Assembly: GCA_036867785.1 (NCBI GenBank)
Contig: CP145419.1
Span: forward strand, 248,001-312,000
Length of the DNA stretch: 64,000 bases
Source: Plasmodiophora brassicae
Lineage: Eukaryota
Reading direction: 5' to 3'
Each line of letters opens with the position of its first letter. Positions within the stretch are counted from its first letter, which is position 1. Positions 1 to 11,827 of the stretch are shown piece after piece. The position numbers and the translations under genes were made by a program. The notes beneath the pieces were generated by a model. It saw nothing but the letters and a program-made list of their open reading frames with translations. It made no database searches and was not told where the DNA came from.

Positions 1-1940
1 TGGGCTTCCCCGTTTTATGAAACCTCTCAATATTCGCCGTCGTCCGAGTCGGGATCGTCGTCAGCCAGGAGCGTTAATGCATAGTCGGCGTCTAACGCGA
101 GCCAGTCGCACACCAGCTTGTTATTGTACCGTTCGTACTTGAACGCTGACCGGTACGACGCTGCGTTCGTCCTCGTCGGATAGATTCGAACCAGGTGCCC
201 GCTTCGTTCATACTACATATGAAGGCCATCAGACGAACCAGCCCACTGTCCCCTGGACATTGACAGACCTCGGCCTGCACCTCGCGAAGTATGGCTAGGT
301 CCTGATTGGACAACGTCTGCCACGAGATCGGCGTGCCCGCTTGGCGCCCTGCAGGAGCCGATGCCGACGCCGACCCGGACCCGTTCCTTCTCAGGCCGAT
401 CACACGCTTCAATCTGGAGAAATCGGACAACGTCACTGTCAACGAGTGCTGCCGGCGGCTCAATCTGGGCGGGGGGCAACCTTCGCGTCTGCACCCGTCG
501 AATGACCTTCAGGTCGTTCTCGGCCGGAACCATCCCGATCGTATGGAACACGTCGGCGATCAACTTTGTTTTGATGAACTTATCGAGCGACGATGACGAC
601 GACAGGGACGGCATCGAGTTGATCTCCAGCAGCCACGGGTTCAACTCCTGGTCCAGAAGGATGTCGAACCCGAGCACCTCGAAGCACGCCGTCCTCGGGC
701 ACCGGTACGCCTCCATCTTTCCGGCGACGACCGGTTCGACAGCGATGATGGACCTGACAGCGATATCGTTGATGCGCTCGACGAGCTTCTCAACGTCAAC
801 CGGCGGGGTCTGGTGCGCCAGATACGCCAGCAGCGCCTTGAAACTCCATTTCGATCCCTGTGCCCCGTCCGTCGCTTTCACGAACGCCTTCGAATGCCGG
901 TTGACGGAGAAGTTCGTCAGGTGCACACCTGGTCCAACGTAGTCACGGGTGTGTACGGCATGCGCCCTAATATCGGTGCCCGACATTTTTGCTTCAGCGA
1001 CGACTTGTCGACCGAGTACCGCTGGGTGGCGAACCGGACCAGGCCGTCGTCCAGCGTGTAGATTCGCAGCGGGTCCATACAGGTGACGACGAAGTACAGG
1101 CGAATGTCGAACTTGTACCCGTCGATGAGGTAAGGCCGTTCGATATACCGGCTGACGACGGCTTTGCATTTGGCGCCCAGCTGCCCGATCCGGTCGATCA
1201 GCCGGATGCCACGTCCGCACGACGACGCCCACGGTTTCACGATCCACAAACGGTTCGGTTCGGAGGCGGCCGCCTCCTGGAACGCCAGTCGATCCGCCGG
1301 CAGAACGAACGTCTTTGGCAGGAACGGGCAATGCCGCAGGTGCCTCGCCAGGTTGTCCTTCCTCGACAAGGCTGTCATACCTGGCGCGCGTTCAGACGTG
1401 AAACGCTCGCTGTACGGTTGCTTGGCGCCTACCTGGAAAGTGATTGACTCGCTGCAACGACGTCAACAGTTCCCATTTCTCGGGGCTTAGCGGGCGCCCC
1501 CAGAACAGGTTGCACCTGGCGGTACTGTTCGTCGGTCGGAGGCCAGCGCCTCTCGCCACGCGCGACACGACGTAATAATCGGGGACATCGGAATCGATTC
1601 GATAGCGTAACCGCCCGGAAACGCCAACGTATTGCACTGGTCGGCGCCCACCATCATGACGAGGCCGCCTGATCGTCATGTACGTCGGGTACGGGAACGC
1701 CACCGTGCACGACAACGTTCGATACGGCGGGACGGTCGCCTTGGCGGTTGCTGGCATCGTCGGACGCGGCTCTCCTGGTCCTCGACGCTTGATGACGTAC
1801 TCGTTGGTGTGCCCACGGGGAGGAGAAGTTGACGATCGCGACCTGTCGGAGAAGATCTCGTCGTCATCGTCGTCCTCCTCCTCGTCGTCCTCAACCAGTG
1901 CATCGTCGAGGTCGATCTCGTACGAAGGCGGGATAATCAT
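1..1940 (-). CDS. Tubulin-tyrosine ligase-like (TTLL4/5-type) tubulin polyglutamylase, multi-exon, 3' end runs off the window
   Basis: TTL ATP-grasp motifs across spliced ORFs: QRVNHFPG, LSRKDNL, WIVKPWASSCGRGIRL, YIERPYLIDGYKFDIRLY, HLTNFSVN, CFEVLGFDILLD..PWLLEINSMPSL. Probable ATG at 1940 before an acidic N-terminus. Confidence 0.9.
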
Positions 1941-2411
1941 AGCAGCGGAGGCTGATTGTTTCAACGGGCGTTGCGTTAAACGGGTGGCGGATCGGTTGGT
2001 CGTCAGCGACTTCCTCGAGACTGATCGGGCGCGCTGCACAGAGTACTCGTACAGGCGAGCAGGCGGTGTGCAAGAGCGCCCGTACAGGCGGGTGGCCTCG
2101 TGGGCGGTCGACGTAGACCCGGCCCGACGCTGTGCGACGGCCGGGAACGAACCCGTCCGGAACCGCATCCAACCACGACAACGCGAAAGCGAGCACCGGG
2201 CAGGGTGTGGATCGAACGAGATATCTTGCGCTCCCACCGTCGTACCCGACAACGTCATATCGAAGAATGAGGCGAACGTGCCATCTGTTGGATGCGACGC
2301 CGGGGATCGGGGTGACGTCGTTGTCGTAGGTGGCATGGGCCACCGAGATTCGTGAGTGTGCGGCCAGCACAACGTGGCGCGTGCCAAGTGCCATATTCGT
2401 ACGGCGACAAC

Positions 2412-5400
2412 ATGTCGGTTCTTGAGGTGCGGGGCCCTCGCCAGCGCTGGCCATCGGTCGTGCTCGCGTTAGCCTTCTTAGCGGCCTGCTGCTCTGCTCA
2501 GGACCCGTCGTCGTCCCATAACCTACGGCCGTCCACCTCGTCGGGCCCGTCCCTCAACTCGACTCGAGCACCGCGGGCCCGCTCGTCGACAGCAACTGTG
2601 CACCCGACGTCTTCACCGCACCTTCTGTCGAATTCCTCCACGACTCGTCGTGCCTCGGCTACGCTGTCGGCAGGCCTGCCGAGGCGTTCGCTGACAACCC
2701 CGTTGACGGGTCGCTCTCCAACCCCTATGCCGACTCCTTCTCCGATTTCTTTGCCGAGTCCCCCTCCATCACCTCACCCGACCTCTGCTCCGTCGGCACA
2801 GTCTTCTCCAGGTCCTTCACCGACACCTTCTCCAGCGCCGACACCTCGTCCAACACCCTCCCCGACGCCGTCTTCTACTCCGGCACCGACACCCTCTCCA
2901 ACGCCTTCACCGACACCATCTCCAACGCCTTCGCCGACACCTCCTCCAACGCCGTCACCGACACCATCTTCTACTCCGACACCGACACCTTCCCCAACGC
3001 CTTCACCGTCTCCCTCCCCGGCGCCGTACCCAACACCCTCGCTTACACCCCGACCGACTCCATTTCCAACGCCATCCCCGACAGTTTCGCCCGCTCGGCT
3101 GCCTCCAACCCCTTCCCCACCTCTTCATGTTCCGACTCCTGCGCCTCCTCCACAGTCTTCCCTGGCGCCGAATCCCACGTCGGGCGCTCAACACTCATCA
3201 CCGTCTCCAGAAGCGACCTCCCGTCGCCTGGTCTCCGCGTCCATGTCCTGGGCGCCCTTGTCCACGTGCTCCATCCGAATCACAGTCAACACCGTTTGGG
3301 CATCATCGGTGTTCCCAGGAGTGGACCTGGACGACACCATCGCCCGTGTCGTTCGCGTACAGGCCGACAACCTCATCGTCGACGTCAACGGGCAGGTCGT
3401 CGGTGTGCTGTCAGCGTCGTCGACAATCGCGGTGCACTCGACAACCATCATCCAGTTCGCCGACTGCGACCATGGCGATTTCCACAACGTCAACGCAACG
3501 TCTTCGTTCGCGCCTGTCGCCCTGTCGACCACGATCGCGACGGGATTCCCATCCGGCAGCCCCATGGTCACACTTCCACCGTTGTTGCATGTCGCCCCTG
3601 GGACGACGTCTTCATTACGCTTGGCAATGGCCGCTGGACCTGGCTCCATCCCAACGCTGGCGTCGTCGGTCTCCCCGGGCGCGCTGATCACCGACCTGGA
3701 CGCCACGAAGGTCGTCGTCGCGGTTAACATCAGGGCCGAGACCGTTGTCACCATGCGAATCGTCGTATGCGACGCCGCTGGGTACCAGACCACGACGCCG
3801 GTGGTCTTCACAGTGGTTCCCGCCATGGCCAACTCGACAGTGGACATCAGCAACCTGCTCCCGGCGCGATCACTGGACCTGATCGGGTCGACCACCCCGT
3901 TCGTCGTCGACGTCGCCCGTCCGAACGTGACCATGTTCCCGGTCGTCCCCGACGCTTCCTTCCAGAACACGACGACGTTCGTGTACAGGCCTGCGTCCGC
4001 CAGGAGCGACGTCCAGTTCTGCCTCGTGGCCGATATCGCCCCGATCACGACGAGGGACCTGTCCTGCACGACGCTGATGACGATTGCAACGGACTCGCAA
4101 GGACAGGCCCTGATCCGGTACACGCCTGAGTCGGGTGCCCTCACGTGGAGCGCCGATCCAGGTCGCGAGTTCCAAGTCGTGGTGGTCGGCCCCAACCTGG
4201 CTGTCCTGGTCGTCCTGGGCGCAGCCGATCGGGACGGATCAGGGCGGTACCAGTGCGGCATCCCACCGGGGTCGTCGTTCGTCGTCGTACGTGACGCCAA
4301 CACGCTGGTCGTCTTCGGGCACGTTGCTCTTCCACCGACGCCGCCTTCAACGGCGGCGACGGGCGCACCGGTACCAGCGACAACAACGGCCACCGTTACC
4401 CAGAACGGCGTCTCCGCTGCTCTGACAGGGCAACCTGTCATCGTCGTCGTCGGTGCTCCGTTCATCGTTACGGTACGTCGACGATGTGGTCAGCATCGTC
4501 ATCGGGGACTTGTAACACTGGTCGCAGGTGAACGTTCGAGACGGGAACGGGCAGATCGTCGCGGATGCTAGCGGGCAGGTGCAATGCACACTGGGCAACG
4601 GGCAGACGTCCAGCGGTGCAATGGCAGGCGGCATCGCCAGCGTGTCGATGTCGCCGACGAGCCTCGGGCAGATGCCGCTGACGTGCACGCTGCTGTCACA
4701 AACGAACGTTCCCCCTGTGGTGTCGTCGGTGACGGTGGTGCCACAGCCCGGTGATCCATCGCTGGCGACCACGACTGTCACCATGGACCCCGTCGTTGTC
4801 GTCGGCCAGACTGCCACTGTGACCGTCCAGGCGCGAACCGCAACCGGCGACGTCGTCACCGACCCGCTGATCACCTACGCGATGCAGGCGGTGGCCGTCG
4901 ACGGCCACGCCGCCATCGTCGACCAGCTTCAGACCGCGGCGTGTCGGGCGTCAGCGTGTTTCCAGTGGACGCCGACGATGTCAGTGGCGTACACGGTGAC
5001 GATCGTGACGCGCCCGGCCAACCTGACGATCTTCGTCGGCCACGTCCAGAGCGTCCCCGGGGCGGTCGCAAGAGACAGGACGGTGGTCGGTGGGTCGGCG
5101 ACGTTGCCCCAGGCGGCAGCGGGCGCCACGTTGTTCCTGGTCATGCAGGCCCGGGATGCGTACGGCAACCCGGTGACGCAGGCCCAGGCGCAGGTAGGCC
5201 CGGCCTGGCGGCGGATATATGAGCGCCGCCCTAATGTCCGTGCTGCAGTTCGCCGTGTCGGCGCTCGACGCGCACAGCAGCGCCCAGCTGGCCAGTCCCG
5301 CGCTCTGGTCGCAGAACGCGACCGACGCCGACGCGATCGGCGTTCTGAAGACCGCTGGGGCCGCGACCGCCGGGTACTGGAGGGCCGTTGTCAACACGCC

Positions 5401-6293
5401 CGCCAGTGCCGGCGCCGTCCGTGTCACCGTCAAGCTCAACGGTGCCGACATCTACAACGGGGACGTGTCGATCGGGGCGTCGCCGGCGACGATCCCCGCC
5501 TACGTCATCTGGACGGCACTGGTCGTCGCCGTCGCCGGCGTTGCTGCCGCCCTGGTCGCCCTCACCAGGAAACGGAACGCGCAGCTCCTCGAACAGGTTT
5601 GCAACGGGTGAGTCCAGTAACGTGCAACACCCTGACAGGATCACCCGACAGGTGAACCCGTACATTCCAGCGTTTGTCGAGTCGCCAGCCAGCTTCGCGA
5701 TCGCGAACCAGACCGGGATCCTGATCACGTACAGCAACCCGATCGCGTTGTCCACGTCGGATCGGTCGACGCTGGTGACGGGCGAGTCGTCTTTCGGGAC
5801 GGCGCTGTCGGCGACAAAGAAGACCGATGGCAGCAGGAAGACGGGGCAGGTCAGCACGTCGGACGCGCGGTCGAGTTCGGAACGGGCGACGCAGATCGGC
5901 GTGTCTGTGGCGCCGGTTCGCTCCCAGGAGACCATGCCGAGCTCTGTTGGCCCGATCGGGAACGATTCGACCATGTCATCGGTGTCGGCAGCGATCCCCG
6001 CTGCTGACCGAGTCATGACATCATCGCCACCGTCCATGGCTGATGCGCGCGTTGGCCGTTCATTGGCAATGGACGGGAACGTCGTACCAAAGGGAAAGCT
6101 GGTAACGCCGGAGGAGGACGACAACACCATGGCGCCGTTGTCGCCGTCCTACGACAGCGCATACGAACACGTGCAACCACTCCCGCCTGTTCGGGATGGC
6201 GTTCACGCCGTCCATCGCGTCAGCCCGCCCCCGTCCTTGGTCATCACGTTAACAACGCCCGACGCCACAACGAAGGACGCGCCTCCGCGGTGA
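2412..6293 (+). CDS. Large type-I membrane/surface protein: signal peptide, (PSPT)n mucin-like stalk, Ig/filamin-like beta-rich repeats, one TM helix, Ser/Thr-rich tail
   Basis: Signal-like [18 protein letters not shown] repeats; filamin-like VQARTATGD and [34 protein letters not shown] then TRKR. GT-AG introns at ~4473-4527, ~5193-5248 and ~5598-5652 join the ORFs. Confidence 0.7.
2720..3160 (+). repeat. Coding low-complexity repeat (Pro-Ser/Thr)n with 12-nt periodicity
   Basis: Degenerate ccgacaccntct / ccaacgccttca units encoding PTPSPTPS. Confidence 0.85.
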
Positions 6294-6385
6294 CCTCGGG
6301 GCCACACATTAAACCAACAGCTATTGTATTGTCACGCGTAGACTGTCAGATCGCTTTGCACACAACAGACGAATGCGAATCAGGG

Positions 6386-6838
6386 CTAGGCGTCAGGCGA
6401 CGTGTTGTTCAGTGTGCCGTTTGTGTGCGACGGTTCCCCGATAGGGACGGCGGTCACGTTCGACGACGGTTCAGCAGCCGGAATGCCAATGTCGGAGCTC
6501 GAGTGTCCAGCAGCGCTGTTGTTGCTGACGTTATTGTTCGCGTTCGCGACATCGGTCTTGTTGAGCAGGTTGACCGGCTTCTGGCCCTTCTCGTACATAT
6601 ACGGGTAATAGCCGTAGTAGCCGGAGTAGTAGGAGTACGGGTTGTAGTAGTATGACGGCCGGTACGCGTATGGGTTATAGTACCCGCCCCAACCAACTCG
6701 TCCAGCTCCTCCCCAGCGCCCAACTCCCCCCCAGCGGCCCCATTGCAGGGCCTGGAATCTCGGGCGCGAGCGCGTCGACGCGGACGTGCCGGCCACCAGG
6801 GCGGCCAGAACCACCAGCACGAGAATGCCCAGCTTCAT
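6386..6838 (-). CDS. Small secreted Gly/Trp/Tyr-rich protein
   Basis: MKLGILVLVVLAALVAG signal peptide, then WGRWGG repeats and YYNPYAYRPSYYYNPYSYYSGYYGYYPY, then an Asn-rich tail. Confidence 0.7.
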   Translation of the reverse strand: MKLGILVLVVLAALVAGTSASTRSRPRFQALQWGRWGGVGRWGGAGRVGWGGYYNPYAYRPSYYYNPYSYYSGYYGYYPYMYEKGQKPVNLLNKTDVANANNNVSNNSAAGHSSSDIGIPAAEPSSNVTAVPIGEPSHTNGTLNNTSPDA

Positions 6839-7080
6839 CCTCATCGGCCCCCAAACACAAATGCGAACAAGTGAATTTCGGGCCGGAACGACCGATCCGA
6901 CCGGCCAACATCGCACATGTGGTCGAACCGCAACGCGCCCGCCTGCTTCCCCCAGCGACCGTGCCGAATGCAACATTGGCCGCCCTCCGCAAAAAACAAC
7001 ACCTGAACGTCCACGGTGTCTCCCAGTTGCGGCCTTTTTGCGCGCGTTGCAGTCGGCACCGTGCGGCCGCGGGAAGCATC

Positions 7081-9497
7081 ATGTTCGGCTCTGGGCAGCA
7101 GCAGCCGCTAGGCTCGACGACGCCCGCGTTCGGCGCCGGGTCATCGGCCCAGGGGACGTCGGCGCCGTTGTTCGGCAGCGCAGGTACGTACACCGGGCGA
7201 CGTAGCGATGCGAATGCGCAGCGTTGTGACGTGACCAATAGCGCCGTCCACCGGCCAGCCCTCGTTCGGGTTCGGAGCAGCAACGCCGTCGTCGTCAACG
7301 CCAGCAACGGGAGGCTTCGGAAGCGGTGCGGCCACAACGACAACAACAGGTGGGTTTGGCGGGTTTGGTGCTTCACAGCCATCGACGACGCCCGCGTTCG
7401 GATCGTCGTCAACGACGCAACCAGCGACGACCACCGGTTTCGGTGGGTTCGGCGCAACGGCGACGCCATCTGGTCAGTCAGCGACAACACCGACATCTAC
7501 CGGATTTGGCGGGTTTGGAACGTCGACGCCAGCGCCAGCGCCAGCCCCAGGAGCAGCGTTTGGAGGGTTCGGCTCCACGTCCGCCCAGCCGACCTTCGGT
7601 GCAACGACCACGCCGTCTCAGGCGCCATCCTCGACAGCAGCCCCACCATCGTTCGGTTTCGGTGCAGGAACGCAGGCGACAACGACATCGGCGTCGTCTC
7701 CGTTCACGTTTGGGTCGTCATCAACACCGGCGGCCGCAACGTCATCTACGACAGCGCCAGGACTGTTTGGCGGGACGTCGGCCGCAGCTCCCGCCACGAC
7801 AGGCGCGTCGACATCGCTCGGTTTCGGCGCAGCAGCAGCACCGACAACCCCAACGAAACCGTTCGCGTTCGGCGGCACGGATGCGAAGACGACGCCCGCA
7901 CCAAGTTTCGGTGCAACGACGACACCGTCCACTTCTTCCCTGTTCGGTGCGACGAACACCACGCCTGCTGCCCCTTCTACCCCTGCTGCTCCTTCGTTCG
8001 GTGCGGCCCCCGCAACGACGAGTGTCCCGTCGTCCACCGGGTTTACCTTCGGCGGCACCACAGCGACGCCTGCGGCTCCTGCCGCCCCAGCGGCACCGTT
8101 GTTTGGCGCGGGTGGTACGACTTCGTCCACGACGGCCGCTGGCGCTCCAAGTTTCGGTACAGGCTCTACTGTACCGCCTAGTACGCCATCCAAGGACCAG
8201 GCGTCAACAGGGCTGAGTTTTGGGACAACCGCAGCTCCATCGACGACAACGCCAGGTTTCAGTTTCGGTGGCTCAGCACCTGCGCCTGGGGCCGGTCAGC
8301 CGGCCGCTTCTCCGTTTTCGTTTGGGGCACAACCTTCAACGGCTGCAACGAGTACGACGCCTGCGACTACGACGACGCCTGCACCTGCAACGACGACACC
8401 TGCAACGACAACGGGGGCTTCTGGAGCGACCACCTCTACGCCTGCACCAGCACCAGCAACGACAGGAGCGGCTGGTTCGTTTTCATTTGGAGCAACGACT
8501 CCCGCAGCCACAGAATCTGGCGCTGCAAAGACGACCTCATTGTTCGGTGCCGCTCCGTCGACAGCAGCAACGACCGCGGGTGCGGCTACAACGCCATCGT
8601 TCTCGTTCGGTGGTGCTTCAACCGCTACGCCAGCGACTCCGGGCCCCACAACAACAACGACAACAACGGGTGCGGATAAGGGCGCTCAGCCAACGACATC
8701 TACTGCGCCTGCAACGTCGGCTCCACCTGCAACACCTTCGTCCGGGGCCGTTGTTCCAGCTCCGGCGGCGAAGACGGTTCGTCTGTCTCGAAAGAATGTC
8801 AAGGAGATCATCGATATCTGGAAGTCAGGTGGAAGGAGTGCGAATTGCTTGAGCCAGTCTGACACGTCGGTGGTGCACAGGGACGAACTGGAGGAACGCG
8901 TGCGCTCGTTCACGGACCAGGCCCACAAAGTCAGTGCCTGGGATCGCCAGCTGATCGCCAACGGCGAACAGATTATCGCTCTGAAACGGCAAGTTGGGGA
9001 TGTTGACGCAGCCCAGAATCAGTTGAAGACCGCGCTGGACAAGATCAAGATCGATGAAGATGAACTCGAGTCGATGGTGTGTCAGCTGGAAAGAGACCTG
9101 GAAGGTTGTGTGTGTGCGCACGCGGTCGTGGTACCCGACAACGTCTGACCTGGTCGTCATAGAGAGTCTGAAATTGGACGCAAAGAGCAGTGGCCCCGAA
9201 GTCAAACGGGGCGAGACCTACATGAAGGCCGAGAAACTGTCGTGCGACTTGTCGAACCTATCGCAGAGCGTCGCCGAAACCGTCCAGAAGCTCAACGAGG
9301 CCTCCGAGACGACGATTGCGGCGGCGCCCAGCAACGGCCCGGCATCGGACCCCATGTCCGCGGTCGTCAAGATCCTCAACGTCCACATGGCCTCGCTCAA
9401 GTACATCGACGCCGAGATCGCCCACCTGGACAACAAGATGCAGCAGCTGCAGCGACTGCAGCAGAAAGCCGCCCAGTACAGTGGTGCCGCCGTTTAA
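7081..9497 (+). CDS. NUP62: FG-nucleoporin Nup62/Nsp1
   Basis: MFGSG start; many PAFG/FSFG/GFGGFG repeats; Thr/Ala linker; Nsp1_C coiled coil (VKEIIDIWK..LEERVRSFTDQAHKVSAWDRQLIANG, VVKILNVHMASLKYID). Introns at ~7183-7258, ~8829-8880 and ~9105-9162. Confidence 0.92.
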
Positions 9498-9709
9498 AAC
9501 ATACAGGCACTCTTCCAGTTAGAACTCGGCATACAGATCAGCTGACCAGTTGGCTGTAACGGCGTTTGGACGAAAACGCGCGGTAGGTAGGCAGTGGGGG
9601 TCGCGCCGGCACTCGAATTGGCGGGCCCCGCAGACAGCAGTCAAATCTATTTTGGAGCGTGCTGCAGTCGGGACGGCGGCGGCAGGCAGCGACGTCTGTG
9701 GGACTGGCG

Positions 9710-11725
9710 ATGGCGCACAAGCGGCCCAAGCTGCCTCTGACCGAGGAGACCGGCGTCCGACCCGTCAAGATGTTCCACGCGTAGGTGGGGGGGCGGCGGC
9801 CCGTGCGATTCCGGTGCGCGTCACGTCTGAACCCGTCGTGGGCCAGCGATCATGCGGCGCCGGCCAATCGACTGCAGAGGATCGGGTCGCTGGACGTCCC
9901 TCCGCAACAGTCGCTGTTCACTGCGTTCGGCGGTGGACCATCCATTTTCTCGCGCATCAAGACGACCGTCGTCCCCGAACGGAATGAAGAGCGCGGCACG
10001 ACGTCCACGTCCCTGTCCGAGCAAATCAGGAATGCGCGAAAGATGTCCGATGGTAACGATGGTCTTGAACGCAGAGCTGAGGCTGCTATGATGACTGTAT
10101 TGGGGCGTCAGGTTCGGTAACCTCGTCGTCTACGTTTCGGGCGACACCGTCGCTGTCGGAATCGACGCAGGCGTGCTCAGAGGATTACATGACCCCGTCT
10201 GATCAGCCGGTCGTCAAGCCGACCCATCAGCAGCTGCAGCAGCAGGTTCAGCAGCGCATAACGACCATGTCTCGTGTTGATCCGACGCATCCAACCGCGT
10301 TCGATTCCTTCTCGACTATCGTTCAGGACCTGCCAGCTGGTCGGATCTGCGTCTCCGCCCCCTGGCGAGTACCTGCTGATTGACTGGGGAGCAGGTGTCG
10401 CCATACTACAGGTGAACCCGTTCCTGAAGCGCGTACAGAACGGAAAGCCGCCTTCGTCACAAGGTGTACCGCAACGAGCGGTATCGCGGCTGACCCGCGA
10501 GTTTACTGACGTGCACGTCATTGGCACGGGGTCGTTCGGCGAGGTATATCGAGGCCGCCTGAAGATCGACGGTGTCACGTACGCTGTCAAGCGAATCCGG
10601 CAATCCCTCAACCGGTCGTCTGGCGTTAACGCCATTCAGTTGCAGCTTCGAGAGGTGCACTGCCTTTCGTTCTTGGCGAGCCGTTGCGGTCACTGCCCGA
10701 ACATTCTTCGGTAAACGACGATGGCTTGTGCATGCTGCCCACTTTGCTAAACGTTCATCTGGTAGGTACTTTACATCGTGGATCGACCCCAGCGATCAGT
10801 CGTTGTATATCCAGACGGAACATTGCGAAAGGGGGAACCTGTCAAGGTTCGTCCGTGCCGCATCAGCCTCCGAATCCAACAAGGAGAACCGGAATGTGCT
10901 GAATGAAGCGCAAATTGTCGAAATCATTCGGCAGGTTTGGCTATCGCTCACATCAGTAGAACGTTGCCGAGTCTGATCTACCGGCAGGTCTGCGTCGGCC
11001 TGCTCGAAATGCACAGGAATGGCGTTGCCCACCTGGACCTGAAACCGGAAAACATTCTGGAGACTGCCGCGGGAGTTTACAAGATTTCTGATTTCGGCCT
11101 CTGTGCTCCAATGGATCAGACTGGTCTGCCCTCAGACATTGGGCCATGCGCACCGTTCGCTTACGCTCGCTTTCATTTAGACATGGATAAATCTATTGCA
11201 GAAGGCGACGCCCGGTACTTATGCGCCGAGCTACTTAACGACGATTACAGCCATCTAGGTTTGGATCGTTTCGACAGCTCGCCCCGTAACCTCGAACTGA
11301 GCGGAAGTCTCAGATCGGGCTGATATGTTCGCGCTGGGTGCGACAGCGCTCGAGCTATGCCTATCAGAGCCGCTTCCATCGCAAGGTTTCGAGTACAGGC
11401 AAATTCGTCTAGGGCTGATCACGCTCGATGAGTCACGGTTTTCATCGCAGCTCTGCCAGCTGATTCGCTGCCTCCTTTCCGTAAACACCGGCTGTTCACT
11501 GAGCTCGCCTATTTGCTGCTCACTCCTGTCGATGATGTACAGGCCGACCCGATGGCGAGGCCAACCGCGCTGGACGTGCTCACCATCCTGAGGACCAGGC
11601 CGGCAGAGTTCCCCAACAGTATCACCCAGACACAGGACCGTCTGGATTCTGCTCTGCGGCGCATCGAGCAACTCGAGAACGAGTTACAACTGGCACGCAG
11701 CCAGCCCTGCCGTCCCACGTACTGA
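9710..11725 (+). CDS. WEE1: Wee1/Myt1-family protein kinase
   Basis: VNPF motif, IGTGSFGEVY..YAVK, LYIQTEHC, HLDLKPENI, KISDFG and the Wee1-typical EGDARYL; multi-exon. Confidence 0.85.
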
Positions 11726-11827
11726 ACGTTATCCGCCCATAAACCCGACAGACCCTAACCCATTGAATCTGCGCGCCTTGACCCATGGCCGACAGAAGTC
11801 CTACTAGCCCTGGCACGCAAACGAGGG

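Noticed and set aside
6652..8216. Long alternative-frame and antisense ORFs over Nup62 and other GC-rich genes
   Set aside because: Shadow ORFs caused by GC-rich codon bias; the FG-repeat frame explains the sequence.
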